From an uncultured Acidobacteriota bacterium (GTDB lineage: Bacteria; Actinomycetota; Acidimicrobiia; Spongiisociales; ZC4RG35), in assembly GCA_963725075.1 (NCBI GenBank), contig CAVRXA010000026.1:110288-174287 (forward strand): DNA of 64,000 bases, given 5' to 3'. Positions within the stretch are counted from its first letter, which is position 1. The number at the start of each line of letters is the position of its first letter. Shown here piece by piece: positions 38,003-48,005 of the stretch. Under the pieces are notes generated by a model that did not search any database, was not told where the DNA came from, and saw only the letters and a program-made list of their open reading frames with translations. The translations under genes and the position numbers were made by a program.

Positions 38003-40723
38003 ATGACAGGCGATCTGAGTCGCACCCTCGGCGACGAGTACGTCCATCAGATGCCGGACTCCGATCCGGTGGAGACCCAGGAGTGGATCGACTCCCTCGA
38101 CGCGGTCGTCAACGAGCAAGGGCCGGACCGCGCCAAGTACCTCGTGGCCAAGCTCCTCGAGCGCGCCCACGAGAACAACGTCGGCATCGCCGGGGCAATT
38201 ACCACCCCGTACATCAACACGATTCCGCCCGAGGAGGAAGCCGAGTTCCCCGGTGACGCGGACATCGAGAGGCGAATCCGGCGGTTCATCCGGTGGAATG
38301 CGGCCGTGATGGTGATCAAGGCCAACCACCGCTCCAAGGGAATCGGGGGACACCTGTCCACCTTCGCCTCATCGGCCACGCTCTACGAGGTCGGCTTCAA
38401 CCATTTCTTCAAGGGCAAGGGTGCCGACGGCAAGGGCGACCACGTCTACATGCAGGGGCACGCTGCTCCCGGGATCTATGCCCGGGCCTATCTCGAGGGG
38501 AGATTCGACGAGAAGCACCTCGACAACTTCCGATTCGAGATCGATGGCCACGGCCTCTCCTCCTACCCACACCCCCGTCTCATGCCGGACTTCTGGGAGT
38601 TCCCCACCGTGTCGATGGGTCTGGGGCCGATCAACTCGATCTACCACGCCCGTTTCAACAAGTACCTCCACAACCGGGGTCTCGACGACACCTCCAAGTC
38701 GAGGGTCTGGTGCTTCATCGGCGATGGCGAGGTCGACGAGCCCGAGACCCTGGGTGCCATCTCGTTGGCCACCCGGGAAGGGCTGGACAACCTCACCTGG
38801 GTGGTGAACTGCAACCTTCAACGGCTCGATGGCCCGGTGCGGGGCAACGGCCAGATCATCACCGAGCTCGAGTCGGTCTTCCGCGGCGCCGGTTGGAACG
38901 TGATCAAAGTGATCTGGGGCTCCGGCTGGGATGCCCTTCTCGCCCGCGACCATGAGGGCGCGCTCATCAATGTGATGAACACCACCGTCGACGGGGAGTA
39001 CCAGCGGTACAAGGCGGAGAACGGCGCCTACGTCCGGGAGCATTTCTTCGGCAAGGATCCCCGCACCAAGGAGATGGTCGCCGAGATGAGCGACGACGAG
39101 GTGTGGGCGCTGCGTCGGGGAGGTCTCGACTACAAGAAGGTCTACGCCGCCTACAAGGTGGCGACCGAGCTCGACAACGGCAAGCCAACGGTGATCCTGG
39201 CCAAGACGATCAAGGGCTGGACCCTCGGCCCGGACGTCGAGGGCAGGAATGCGACCCACCAGATCAAGGAGATGACCAACCAGCAGCTGATGGGGCTTCG
39301 GGAGAGGCTCAGTCTGCAGAACGAGATCCCCGAGGAGTCACTCGCCGGTGAGAGCGAGCCGCCGTACTTCCGACCGGAGCCCGGCACACCCGAGCACGAG
39401 TATCTGCATGCCAGACGTCAGGAATTGGGTGGTTTCCTCCCCAGCCGGGTCGTGCCCGAAAACACTCTCGAGCTCCCCTCGCCCGAGACATTCTCCGAGG
39501 TATATGCCGGCTCGGGCAAGATCGAGGCCTCGACGACGACCGCCTTCACACGCCTGCTTCGCGGTCTGGCCCGGTCTGAGGGATTCGGCAAGCATGTGGT
39601 GCCGATCGTCCCCGACGAGGCGCGCACGTTCGGCATGGATTCGCTCTTCCGCGAGCTCAAGATCTACGCCTCCAAGGGCCAGCTCTACGAGCCGGTGGAC
39701 GCATCGATGATCCTCTCCTACTCGGAGAGCCAGAGCGGCCAGATCCTCGAGGAGGGGATCACCGAGGCCGGGTCGATGGCTTCCTGGATCGCCGCCGGGA
39801 CCTCGTATGCCACCCGCGGCGTCCCGATGGTCCCGTTCTTCATCTTCTACTCGATGTTCGGCTTTCAGCGAGTCGGTGACTTGATCTGGTCGGCGGCAGA
39901 CTCCCGTGTGCGCGGCTTTCTCCTGGGGGCGACCGCCGGTCGAACGACTCTGGAAGGCGAAGGCCTGCAGCACCAGGACGGACACAGCCTGGTGTTGGCG
40001 ACCTCGGTACCCGTGTGCGAGGCGTACGACCCCGCATTCGCCTATGAGGTCGGGACGATCGTCGAGCATGGCCTGGGACGCATGTACGGGGCAGAGCCGG
40101 AGGACATCTTCTACTACCTGACCGTCTACAACGAGAACCACCCACAGCCGCCTCGCCCGGAGGGCGCCGAACAGGGCATCGTCGATGGGCTCTACAAATG
40201 GGCCGACGGCCCGTCGGCGTCCGGGCCGAAGGCGGCACTCCTCTTCTCGGGATCCGCCAACCTCGCCGCACGTCAAGCGGCCGAGGACCTGGCTGAGCAC
40301 TACGACGTCAGCGCGGAGTTGTGGTCGGCTACCTCCTACAAGCGACTCCGGGAAGAGGCGCTCGCCGTCACCCGGTGGAACCTCCTTCATCCGACCGAGG
40401 AGCGTCGCATCCCGATGGTGACCCGTCTCCTCTCCGACGTCGACGGGCCCGTCATCGCGGTCACCGATTACATGCGGTTGGTGCCGGACCAGGTGTCGCG
40501 ATGGGTCCCCAGGCCATTCACCACCCTCGGCACCGACGGATTCGGCCGTTCCGACGCACGCAAGGCATTACGCCGGCATTTCGAGGTGGACACCGGCCAC
40601 ATCGTCGTCACCACGCTTTCCACCCTGGCAGGTCAGGGAACCGTTCCGGAAACGGTGGTGAGAGACGCCTTCGACCGCTACGACATCGACCCCGAAGCCC
40701 CGGACCCCGCCATCTCCCGCTGA
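38003..40723 (+). CDS. aceE: pyruvate dehydrogenase E1 component (homodimeric type)
   Basis: 906 aa with the AceE N-terminus DSDPVETQEWIDSLD and an intact GDGEVDEPE ThDP motif. Confidence 0.92.
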   Translation: MTGDLSRTLGDEYVHQMPDSDPVETQEWIDSLDAVVNEQGPDRAKYLVAKLLERAHENNVGIAGAITTPYINTIPPEEEAEFPGDADIERRIRRFIRWNAAVMVIKANHRSKGIGGHLSTFASSATLYEVGFNHFFKGKGADGKGDHVYMQGHAAPGIYARAYLEGRFDEKHLDNFRFEIDGHGLSSYPHPRLMPDFWEFPTVSMGLGPINSIYHARFNKYLHNRGLDDTSKSRVWCFIGDGEVDEPETLGAISLATREGLDNLTWVVNCNLQRLDGPVRGNGQIITELESVFRGAGWNVIKVIWGSGWDALLARDHEGALINVMNTTVDGEYQRYKAENGAYVREHFFGKDPRTKEMVAEMSDDEVWALRRGGLDYKKVYAAYKVATELDNGKPTVILAKTIKGWTLGPDVEGRNATHQIKEMTNQQLMGLRERLSLQNEIPEESLAGESEPPYFRPEPGTPEHEYLHARRQELGGFLPSRVVPENTLELPSPETFSEVYAGSGKIEASTTTAFTRLLRGLARSEGFGKHVVPIVPDEARTFGMDSLFRELKIYASKGQLYEPVDASMILSYSESQSGQILEEGITEAGSMASWIAAGTSYATRGVPMVPFFIFYSMFGFQRVGDLIWSAADSRVRGFLLGATAGRTTLEGEGLQHQDGHSLVLATSVPVCEAYDPAFAYEVGTIVEHGLGRMYGAEPEDIFYYLTVYNENHPQPPRPEGAEQGIVDGLYKWADGPSASGPKAALLFSGSANLAARQAAEDLAEHYDVSAELWSATSYKRLREEALAVTRWNLLHPTEERRIPMVTRLLSDVDGPVIAVTDYMRLVPDQVSRWVPRPFTTLGTDGFGRSDARKALRRHFEVDTGHIVVTTLSTLAGQGTVPETVVRDAFDRYDIDPEAPDPAISR

Positions 40724-41901
40724 TGACCTCCTATCGCGACCTCGTCAGCCGGGCCCGTGCGGAGATCGACGAGCTGACGCCCGAAGCACTGGAGCCGAAG
40801 CTGGACGAGGTCCTTCTCATCGACGTTCGCGAGACCGGGGAGCACGAGCAAGGCTCGATCCGGGGCGCCCGCCTCCTTCCCCGAGGGTTGCTGGAGCGGG
40901 ACATCGCCGGTGTCGCTCCAGACCTATCACGACCTGTCGTCCTCTACTGCGCCAGCGGCGGGCGCTCGGCGCTGGCCGCCGCGAGCTTGAACGAGATGGG
41001 GTATGAGGAGGTCTACTCGCTCGCCGGAGGATTCGATCGCTGGAAGACCGAGGGGCGGGCCTGGGGTGCGGGCGAAGGGCTCACAGCCGAGCAACGCGAC
41101 CGGTATTCGCGACATGTCGTCCTCGAAGAGGTCGGCGAGGCCGGTCAGGCTCGCCTGCTCGACTCCAGCGTTCTGTTGATCGGCGCCGGAGGGTTGGGCT
41201 CGCCGGCGGCGCTGTACCTGGCGGCCGCCGGCGTGGGGACGATCGGCATCGTCGACTACGACGTGGTGGACAGGACAAATCTGCAGCGTCAGGTGCTCCA
41301 CAACCTCGACCGGGTGGGGATGCCGAAGACGGAGTCCGCCCGCGAGGCGATATCGGCCCTCAATCCGGACGTCAAGGTGGTCACACACAACGAGCGTCTC
41401 GACGCCGGTAACGCCCTCGACATCATGAGGGGATACGACGTGGTCCTGGATGGCGGCGACAACTTCCCCACCCGCTACCTGGTCAACGACGCTTCGCTGC
41501 ACCTCCGGGTCCCGGTGGTCCATGGCTCGATCTTCCGATTCGAGGGCCAGGTCTCGGTGTTCGACCCCTACGTCGGCCCGTGTTACCGATGTCTCTTCCC
41601 GGAGCCACCCCCTCCCGAGCTCGCCCCTTCCTGCGCCGAGGCCGGCGTCCTCGGAGTGCTACCCGGGATCATCGGGTCGATCGAGGCCATGGAGGCGATC
41701 AAGCTCCTGCTCGAGCTCGGGGAGCCGTTGACCGGGAGACTCCTCGTCTACGACGCCCTCGAGGAGGACTTCAGCACGGTGAGCATCGACCGTGACCCGA
41801 ACTGCCCGGCTTGCGCCGACCCCGATCGGCCACCAAAGATCGTCGAGTACGACCAGACCTGTCGCCCGGCGGGCAACGTGGTGCGTGCTACGTCTTCCTG
41901 A
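40723..41901 (+). CDS. rhodanese-ThiF/MoeB-type adenylyltransferase (rhodanese domain N-terminal)
   Basis: The ATG overlaps the aceE stop (TGATG). Residues 1-125 form a rhodanese with active-site loop CASGGRS. This is followed by RYSRHVVLEEVG, GAGGLGSP and Zn-site motifs CYRC and CPAC. Confidence 0.82.
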   Translation: MTSYRDLVSRARAEIDELTPEALEPKLDEVLLIDVRETGEHEQGSIRGARLLPRGLLERDIAGVAPDLSRPVVLYCASGGRSALAAASLNEMGYEEVYSLAGGFDRWKTEGRAWGAGEGLTAEQRDRYSRHVVLEEVGEAGQARLLDSSVLLIGAGGLGSPAALYLAAAGVGTIGIVDYDVVDRTNLQRQVLHNLDRVGMPKTESAREAISALNPDVKVVTHNERLDAGNALDIMRGYDVVLDGGDNFPTRYLVNDASLHLRVPVVHGSIFRFEGQVSVFDPYVGPCYRCLFPEPPPPELAPSCAEAGVLGVLPGIIGSIEAMEAIKLLLELGEPLTGRLLVYDALEEDFSTVSIDRDPNCPACADPDRPPKIVEYDQTCRPAGNVVRATSS

Positions 41902-42265
41902 CCAGATCCGGTGGGCCATCCTGGCCCATGCCGAGAATTGCGCCCCGGATGAGTGTTGTGGCCTCCTCGCCATGGACGATGAAGGGCGGCTGCGGTTTGC
42001 CTATCCACTCACCAACGCCGACCCGTCGCCGGTTTCCTACACGATCGACCCCGATGAGCACTTCCGGGCCATGCGGCACGCCGAGTCGATGGGGTGGGAG
42101 ATCGCCGGGGTGTTCCACTCCCACCCCGGTGGGACCGCCATGCCGTCGATGATCGACGTGCAGAGTGCGCTGGAGCCGGACTGGCTCTATCTGGTCGCGG
42201 CCCCGGGCGAGATCCGGAGCTTTCGAATCAGAGCAGGTGCGATCGAGGAGATCGAACTGAGCTGA
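41885..42265 (+). CDS. JAMM/MPN+ metalloprotease (Mec/CysO-peptidase-like)
   Basis: E..CG motif PDECCG and HSHPGGTAMPSMID (HxHx7Sx2D). The GTG start at 41885 overlaps the upstream gene by 17 nt. Confidence 0.8.
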   Translation: MLRLPDQIRWAILAHAENCAPDECCGLLAMDDEGRLRFAYPLTNADPSPVSYTIDPDEHFRAMRHAESMGWEIAGVFHSHPGGTAMPSMIDVQSALEPDWLYLVAAPGEIRSFRIRAGAIEEIELS

Positions 42266-42268
42266 GGA

Positions 42269-42916
42269 TCAGCCCAATGCCGTCGCAGCCATCTCCTCCA
42301 TCTGTTCGTCGGTTATCTCCTGCGACAAGGAGAACAAGACGACAACGGTCTCTCCCTGTCTCGCCACGACATAGCTGATACGGCCAGGACTCGATGAGCC
42401 GAAACGCAGCAGCTTCGTCCCCGATCCCACTCAACTGCCTCAGGCGGGAGATAGGCGCCCTCGGGCGGAAACGACAGCTCATAGCTCTCCGCTCCAGACA
42501 GGACATTGACACCGACGATATCCGCCACCGTCGGCGGTCGAATAGTTGGCGCATGTCCCTCCTGAGCGGCGGCGGTGGCGCCTCTCTCGACTGCCACCAC
42601 GGCCACCCCGGTGATTGCTTCCACGTCGGCCGCCGTGAGTGAGGGGCACTCTGAGGAAGCTGCCTCAGTCCCCAGCGTGGTAGCGACCGTCCCGCTCTCG
42701 GTCGTAGTCGACGGATCGGCCGCTGCTGGTCGAAGCGGCCGGAAGTCGACGTCGACAGTTCGGGAGGCGACAGTGGTCGCGGATCCGGAGTCCCCAGCAC
42801 AGGCAACGGCGAGCAGCAGCCGTCACACACAGAAGCCAGCCGAGATGTCCACGACCTCTCGATCGGGCACCATTCCCTGTGCCCACCTCATCGTCGAGCG
42901 AATGTCGGATTCTCAT
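42269..42916 (-). pseudogene. lipoprotein of unknown function with about 3 frame breaks
   Basis: The signal peptide RSRGRGHLGWLLCVTAAA is in one frame. The lipobox and body (AVACAGDSGSATTV...PPEAVEW) are in a second, GIGDEAAAFRLIE in a third, and the C-terminus ISYVVARQGETVVVLFSLSQEITDEQMEEMAATALG returns to the first. Breaks are near 42815, 42420 and 42385. Confidence 0.55.
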
Positions 42917-43031
42917 CGCGGCCCCCCTCTGGCCGAAACCGATCGATTCCGGCCGTCTTCTCGCATAACCCGTGAGCGCGTCGACAACCGAAGCTATCAG
43001 AGTGATCGACCAGATACCTCTCGACTGAGGA

Positions 43032-43448
43032 TCACACCCAGACGGTGACGATCACCGCCACGATTATGTAGGCGATCACCGCATTGAGCCCGTTGAGCAG
43101 CCAGTACGAAGACCCCTTCTGCTCGTAGATCTGGGTGACCAGGGCGCTCACGACACCGAAGCCCACTCCCAGGGCCCCGCCCAGCGCGACCCCGTCCACC
43201 ACTTCGACGGCGCCAATGCCACGAGCGATGAGCGCGATCACGATCGTGGTCACGAAGTAGCCGACGAGGGTCGGGCCGAAGAGAGATGCCAGCGGCGGGC
43301 CTTCCGTCGTCATGTCGACCTTCGAGGCTTTCTGCCAGGCCTTGCTCAAGGGCGGGACCGAGTACCAAATGGCGCTGAATGCGAACCAGGCGATCGTTGC
43401 CACCACGATCGCCAGCCAGTTCAACTCGCCGAAGAAATCGAAGATCAT
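43032..43448 (-). CDS. DUF1761-like membrane protein
   Basis: 138-aa 4-TM ORF. The NWLAIVVATIAWFAFSAIWYS start is typical of the family as I recall it. Confidence 0.6.
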   Translation of the reverse strand: MIFDFFGELNWLAIVVATIAWFAFSAIWYSVPPLSKAWQKASKVDMTTEGPPLASLFGPTLVGYFVTTIVIALIARGIGAVEVVDGVALGGALGVGFGVVSALVTQIYEQKGSSYWLLNGLNAVIAYIIVAVIVTVWV

Positions 43449-43527
43449 CTCGTCCTCCGTTTCGGGGCCGATCGAGGGTCAAGGTACCGATTCGGAAGGA
43501 GTGGGCCAAGCACCAGCCGACGGGCAA

Positions 43528-44351
43528 TCAGAGATCGATCGCCCGGTTCACCCACACCGACGTGACCTCCATCCCGACCTTTTCGTAGAGGCCGAGGGCA
43601 CCGGTTCGGGAGTCGGTGGAGAGCTCGGACCGGCTGGCTCCATGAGCCCGCGCCTCGGAGAAGGCATCGGCGAGGAGCGCCTGACCCAGACCAAGGCCTC
43701 GCAGGTCCTTTCGAACGGCCAGTTTCTCCACGAACCCGGTGCTGTCGGCGATGAGGATCAACGCCGCTCCGACGACCTCATCCGACTGGTCCGTCACCAC
43801 TCGCAGGTTCCACGGCTCGAAGCCGGGACGCTGCATCACCTGGGCCGAGAAGTCCTCGAAGCTCTGTCGGTCACGCACCGACCATTCCAGGAACGCGTCT
43901 TCGATCACGGACCATGCGGCCCGATGATCTGATTCAGTCGCGGTGCGGATGGTGTAGCCCGGGGGTAGAGGGCGATCTTCGATGTTTCGGCCCTCGGGGA
44001 GGGCCAGCACCCAGCTGGTCCAGCGAACTCGATAGCCGAGACCCTCGAGCAGCCGGTCGCCGGGTGAGCCTTCGGCACCGGCATCCCGATCGTCTCCAGA
44101 CCACGGCCTCGGGCATGATCCTGCATCCAGGCGGCGAGATAGGTGCCGATCCCACGCCCCCGGTAGTCGGGATCGACGGCGGCGTCCGCCCTGTCACCAC
44201 CCGAGAGCTCGGCGTAGGCCACCAACCGGTCATCGTCGAAGATGCCGATGGTGCTGGCCGAGACGTCATAGCTCGGACGCTGCCAATCGCTGACGATGTC
44301 GGCCTCCTCGATGACGACTTCGCCGATGTCAGCCAGCTGCCCGGCGGCCAT
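43528..44351 (-). pseudogene. tandem-GNAT N-acetyltransferase with one frame break near 44070
   Basis: The N-terminal GNAT domain (VDPDYRGRGIGTYLAAWM) is in ORF 43905..44351 and the C-terminal one (VRKDLRGLGLGQALL) in ORF 43528..44010. My translation joins ...GLETIGMPVP to GSPGDRLLEGLGYRVRWTSWVLALPEGR after a -1 shift. Confidence 0.7.
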
Positions 44352-44543
44352 GACGGCGGCAACCGCTGACTCGTCGCCCGGGGCGAGCGAGCGCGATGGA
44401 AAGGCCAGGTGGCAGTGTCCATCGCGATATTGAAGCCGGGATGGAGGACCACGGAGGGCGAATTACGAACCCCGGCTCCAACGGCAGGCTGCGGGACGCA
44501 AGATAGAAGAAATCTACGACGTACCACTTGTTTCTGTCACTGG

Positions 44544-44559
44544 TCGAACGTATGTTCGT
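44544..44559. promoter_or_regulatory. LexA SOS box (Cheo-box type)
   Basis: TCGAACGTATGTTCGT matches the actinobacterial/Gram-positive consensus TCGAAC-N4-GTTCGA at 15 of 16 positions. It lies 5 nt upstream of the ATG at 44564. Confidence 0.7.
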
Positions 44560-44563
44560 GAGT

Positions 44564-45682
44564 ATGGAGCGAGCCTTGCTCTCGACCGATCGACTCGAAC
44601 AGCGAATGCTGGAACGCAGGGCGAAGATGAGCCGACTCGCTGCCGAGGAGTTGCTCGACCTCGAAGAAATGGATTACCGGCAGGTCGCCACCGCCGATGG
44701 TTGCCGGTCGCTGTCGGAGTGGACCACCGCCCGTCTGGATCTTCATCCGGATACTGCCAAATCTCTGGTCCGGACCATGCGGAGAACCGTGGAACGTCCC
44801 GACCTGCGGGACGCTCTGGCCGGCGGGGAGATCACCTTCGACCGTCTGGAGGCCCTATCCCGGATCCCCGAAGGGGTGGGACTCTTGGAGCATCTGGATG
44901 TGGCCGGGGTCCGTCGGGAAGCAGCCAACCGAGCCGGTATCAGCGCCGAAGACGAATACCGGACCGCTTCTGACCAGTTCCTGGTCCTCCAACCTTCCCT
45001 GGACGAATCATGGTGGAAACTATGGGGAGGTCTCGACGGAGCCAGCGGTGCCCTCGTGAACAAGGTGATATCCGAGAAGGCAGATGATCTACCCCTTCTC
45101 CCCGACGGGAGCAGAGGCGACTCATCGTGGCGCAAAGCAATCGCCCTGGCCGAACTCTGTGTCAGCGACGATCCCCCACCCGCCCAGCTCACCGTCTTCG
45201 TCGACGCCACCCAGGCAAGCCCATCCAACGGGGAAGCTGGAGTGGTCCTCGAAGCCGGACCCCGGATCGGCCGGGACGCCCTAGAAGCCATCCTCTGTGA
45301 TGCGGTCACCGAGATCACCGCCCGGACCGAAGACGGCACCCCAATGGTCTACGGGCGGAGAACCAGGACCATCCCACCCGCCCTACGACGGGCCATCCTC
45401 CACCGCGACGGGAACACCTGCACCGGTGACGGCTGTCCCAGCACCCACCGACTCCAAGTCCACCACATCATCCCCTGGTCACAAGGCGGAACCACCGACC
45501 CCGACAATCTGATCACACTGTGCTGGTACCACCATCAGATCGTCGTCCACCAACGAGGCTTCCAGCCCTACCACCATCCCGACCACGGACGAATCAGATT
45601 CCGCAAGCCAGCCTCCGCGGGCCACCGGACTAACCAGCGGCCGTGGTCTCCGTCGGAGCCTCGGTCTGCGCCACCTCGGTAG
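44564..45682 (+). CDS. DUF222 / HNH endonuclease (REP13E12-like family)
   Basis: The N-terminal DUF222-like region and the C-terminal HNH motif (CTGDGCPSTHRLQVHHIIPWSQGGTTDPDNLITLCWYHH) are both present. The start could also be 44528 or 44552. Confidence 0.8.
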   Translation: MERALLSTDRLEQRMLERRAKMSRLAAEELLDLEEMDYRQVATADGCRSLSEWTTARLDLHPDTAKSLVRTMRRTVERPDLRDALAGGEITFDRLEALSRIPEGVGLLEHLDVAGVRREAANRAGISAEDEYRTASDQFLVLQPSLDESWWKLWGGLDGASGALVNKVISEKADDLPLLPDGSRGDSSWRKAIALAELCVSDDPPPAQLTVFVDATQASPSNGEAGVVLEAGPRIGRDALEAILCDAVTEITARTEDGTPMVYGRRTRTIPPALRRAILHRDGNTCTGDGCPSTHRLQVHHIIPWSQGGTTDPDNLITLCWYHHQIVVHQRGFQPYHHPDHGRIRFRKPASAGHRTNQRPWSPSEPRSAPPR

Positions 45683-45896
45683 TCGCGACCTCAGGACTGG
45701 TCGTTCCGCTGTCCTCGGTGGTGACCGTCGTCACCGTGGTGTCGTCCGTCTCGCCGTCGCCGAGATACACAACGGCGAGGATCACCACCAGCACTATCAC
45801 CGCGCCCAGGATGACCCACCATCCGGGCCAGGTGGCTGGCTGCTGCGGGGTCGGCTGCTGCGGGGTCGGCTGAATTGGATCTTGGGGAGTGGTCAT
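45630..45896 (-). CDS. small single-pass membrane protein with Pro/Gln-rich N-terminus and Thr/Glu-rich tail
   Basis: GGAGG RBS before the ATG at 45896, a TM helix WWVILGAVIVLVVILAVVYL and GC-rich third positions. Its 3' end overlaps the HNH gene by 53 nt. Confidence 0.6.
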   Translation of the reverse strand: MTTPQDPIQPTPQQPTPQQPATWPGWWVILGAVIVLVVILAVVYLGDGETDDTTVTTVTTEDSGTTSPEVATTEVAQTEAPTETTAAG

Positions 45897-45992
45897 CGTC
45901 GGTACCTCCGGATGCTGGGGCGTTCGCACCCACGCTGGCGACAGCCTAAGAGCCACCCTCACACCTACTCGGGCAATGAACCTGGCGGGTGA

Positions 45993-46848
45993 CTAACCCG
46001 CGTCGCCGACCAGGCCCAATTCGTGGCGGAACAGATACCTGTCGGCCAGGTAATTGAGGATGCGTCTCGCCTCGGTGAAGCGGTCGGCGACAGTGCGCAG
46101 GAAAGTCGGGCCGGTCGAGATCGCTGCCATTGCACTCGTCCACCGAGCGCCGATACCAGCCGGCTCCCGCCACCTCCATGAAATGCAGGGCCTGCTCCTC
46201 GACGAGAGCCTCGGTGGGGCCGAGCACCGCCGATTGGGCCAGCCACTCCCGTTGGGAAGGTGTGTAGGGATGCCTGGCCGTGTGGTCGGGCATCACGCCA
46301 CTCAGGAACAGGGCGACATCGCCTAGTCGTCGGTATCCACCCGGTCTCTCCGCCGGTGGCAAGAGCTCGACCATCTCGGCGAGGGCGACCGGGTCGAGTT
46401 CGCTAAACCGCTTGCGTCGTAGACCATCGCGGGTCTGCACCACGAAGCTGCCGCTGGCAACGGTTGTGAACGAGTTGAGGATTTCGATGAGGAAGTAGCG
46501 ACGTGCTCCGTCATCGAGGAAATGGCGCAGCGGCTCGACGTCGAAGATGGGAAGGCGCTTTCCGGGCGCTGCCCACTCCGGGACGTAACTGGCGTCCTGC
46601 AGATCGCTCGCCGATCGGTTGACCAGAGCGGCGAAGGCCAGGAATGAGGACGCCCCCGGCTCGGCGAGATCGCTGGAGCCATCGAAGATCGTGTCGAAGA
46701 GGCGGCGAGACGCCAGAAGCTCGTCGATCACCTCGGGGCGTTCCAGCATCCGCTGCTTCAAGGCCTCGCCACCGGTACCGGCGGTCTGTGCCAGCAGCTC
46801 GAAGTCCCCTTGGCTGAGATGCTCCAGATAGAGCAGTGGATAGTTCAT
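45993..46848 (-). pseudogene. conserved hypothetical protein with one +1 frame break near 46131
   Basis: The track ORF becomes Arg/Pro-rich after GWYRRSVDE. The +1 frame continues MAAISTGPTFLRTVADRFTEARRILNYLADRYLFRHELGLVGDAG to a stop at 45993-45995. Confidence 0.6.
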
Positions 46849-46964
46849 ATCGCACCCTGCCGACCTTCCGGTCCGAGCTCTTGGCTCGGCCCTGCTGGTT
46901 CAGTTCACTCTAAGAATCGGCATGGTGAGCGAGTGGGATCAACGGGTCGATCGGCCCATCTGTG

Positions 46965-48005
46965 TCAAACCGCGGCGAACCATCCCATCGCCCCGCGTTC
47001 TGCCAGCCAATGCTGGTGCGGATGGAACATGTAGCGCCCGACTGTGGGCAGTGTGAACTCGAGGATCGCCCGCTGGGCCATGCCCAGGACGAGAGTGTCC
47101 TCGCGGGACGACGGATTGTCCCCCATGCCCCCCGGATAGACGTCGAAGGTCTCTGCGTGGAGATGGAAAGAGGCGAGGGGCTCGTGCTCCAACATGTTGA
47201 CCAGATAGAGCCGGACCGGCTCACCCACCGGAACCTTGATCGGATGGTGGTGATAGAAGCCGGCCACTCCGTTCCACGCCACGATGCCGTTCCGGCCAAT
47301 CCGGTCGTCTGAGAATCCGGACAGTACGAGGGCAACCTCGGTGGCCGGTGGCCGCCCGCCTGGCGGATCGACGATCAGCATGCCATAGAGACCGCGGGCG
47401 ATGTGATCGGCCAGGGGAGCCGTATGACAGTGATAGGGATGAAGCCCGGCCGGGCCGGCGGCGATCTCATAAGTCGTCCCGCCGCCTGGTGGCACCGGCT
47501 CCCACCCGTCGTGCTCGGGCCGATGCGCCCCGTGGAAGTGGATGTTGTGCGGGTTGCCGGTGCGGTTCTCGAAGTGGATCCGGAGCAAATCACCCTCGGT
47601 GGCTCGCAGGATCGGGGCCGGCACCGTCCCGTTGTAGGTCCACGCCTCGATGTGGGCGCCCGAGCCCACTTCGATGAGACGCTCCTCGACGACGATCTCG
47701 ATGTCGCGCACCGAACCGGGCGGCAGGTCGTCGGGTGGGGAGGGGAACGTGTGCCCATCCAGCGCATCGGGGCCCAGGGCGGCAGGCGGCGAGTAGATGT
47801 CGCCATAGAGCTCCGGGGCACCCTGCTCGTGCATGGTGGAGTGACCCACCAGGCCGGGGTTGGCGTAGTCGGCCTCGGCGGCCTGGGCCTGGTGCTGGAC
47901 GGTGTGGCCGATGACCGAGCCGCCGAGAAAGACCGCACCACCGAGGCCGGCCTTCTTCAGGAGCTCCCTTCGGGAGAGACCGTCCGTCGATTCAGACGAT
48001 CCCAC
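46965..48005 (-). CDS. Tat-exported two-domain multicopper oxidase (NirK-like fold)
   Basis: Twin-arginine signal SRRELLKKAG. Copper motifs HNIHFHGAH, YHCHTAPLADHIARGLYGM and FHPHQH. Confidence 0.7.
   Translation of the reverse strand: MGSSESTDGLSRRELLKKAGLGGAVFLGGSVIGHTVQHQAQAAEADYANPGLVGHSTMHEQGAPELYGDIYSPPAALGPDALDGHTFPSPPDDLPPGSVRDIEIVVEERLIEVGSGAHIEAWTYNGTVPAPILRATEGDLLRIHFENRTGNPHNIHFHGAHRPEHDGWEPVPPGGGTTYEIAAGPAGLHPYHCHTAPLADHIARGLYGMLIVDPPGGRPPATEVALVLSGFSDDRIGRNGIVAWNGVAGFYHHHPIKVPVGEPVRLYLVNMLEHEPLASFHLHAETFDVYPGGMGDNPSSREDTLVLGMAQRAILEFTLPTVGRYMFHPHQHWLAERGAMGWFAAV

Noticed and set aside
42575-43048. 157-aa Ser/Thr/Ala-rich plus-strand ORF
   Set aside because: It is antisense to the (frame-broken) lipoprotein gene, whose pieces have better protein-like sequence and a lipobox. 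It has no start context.
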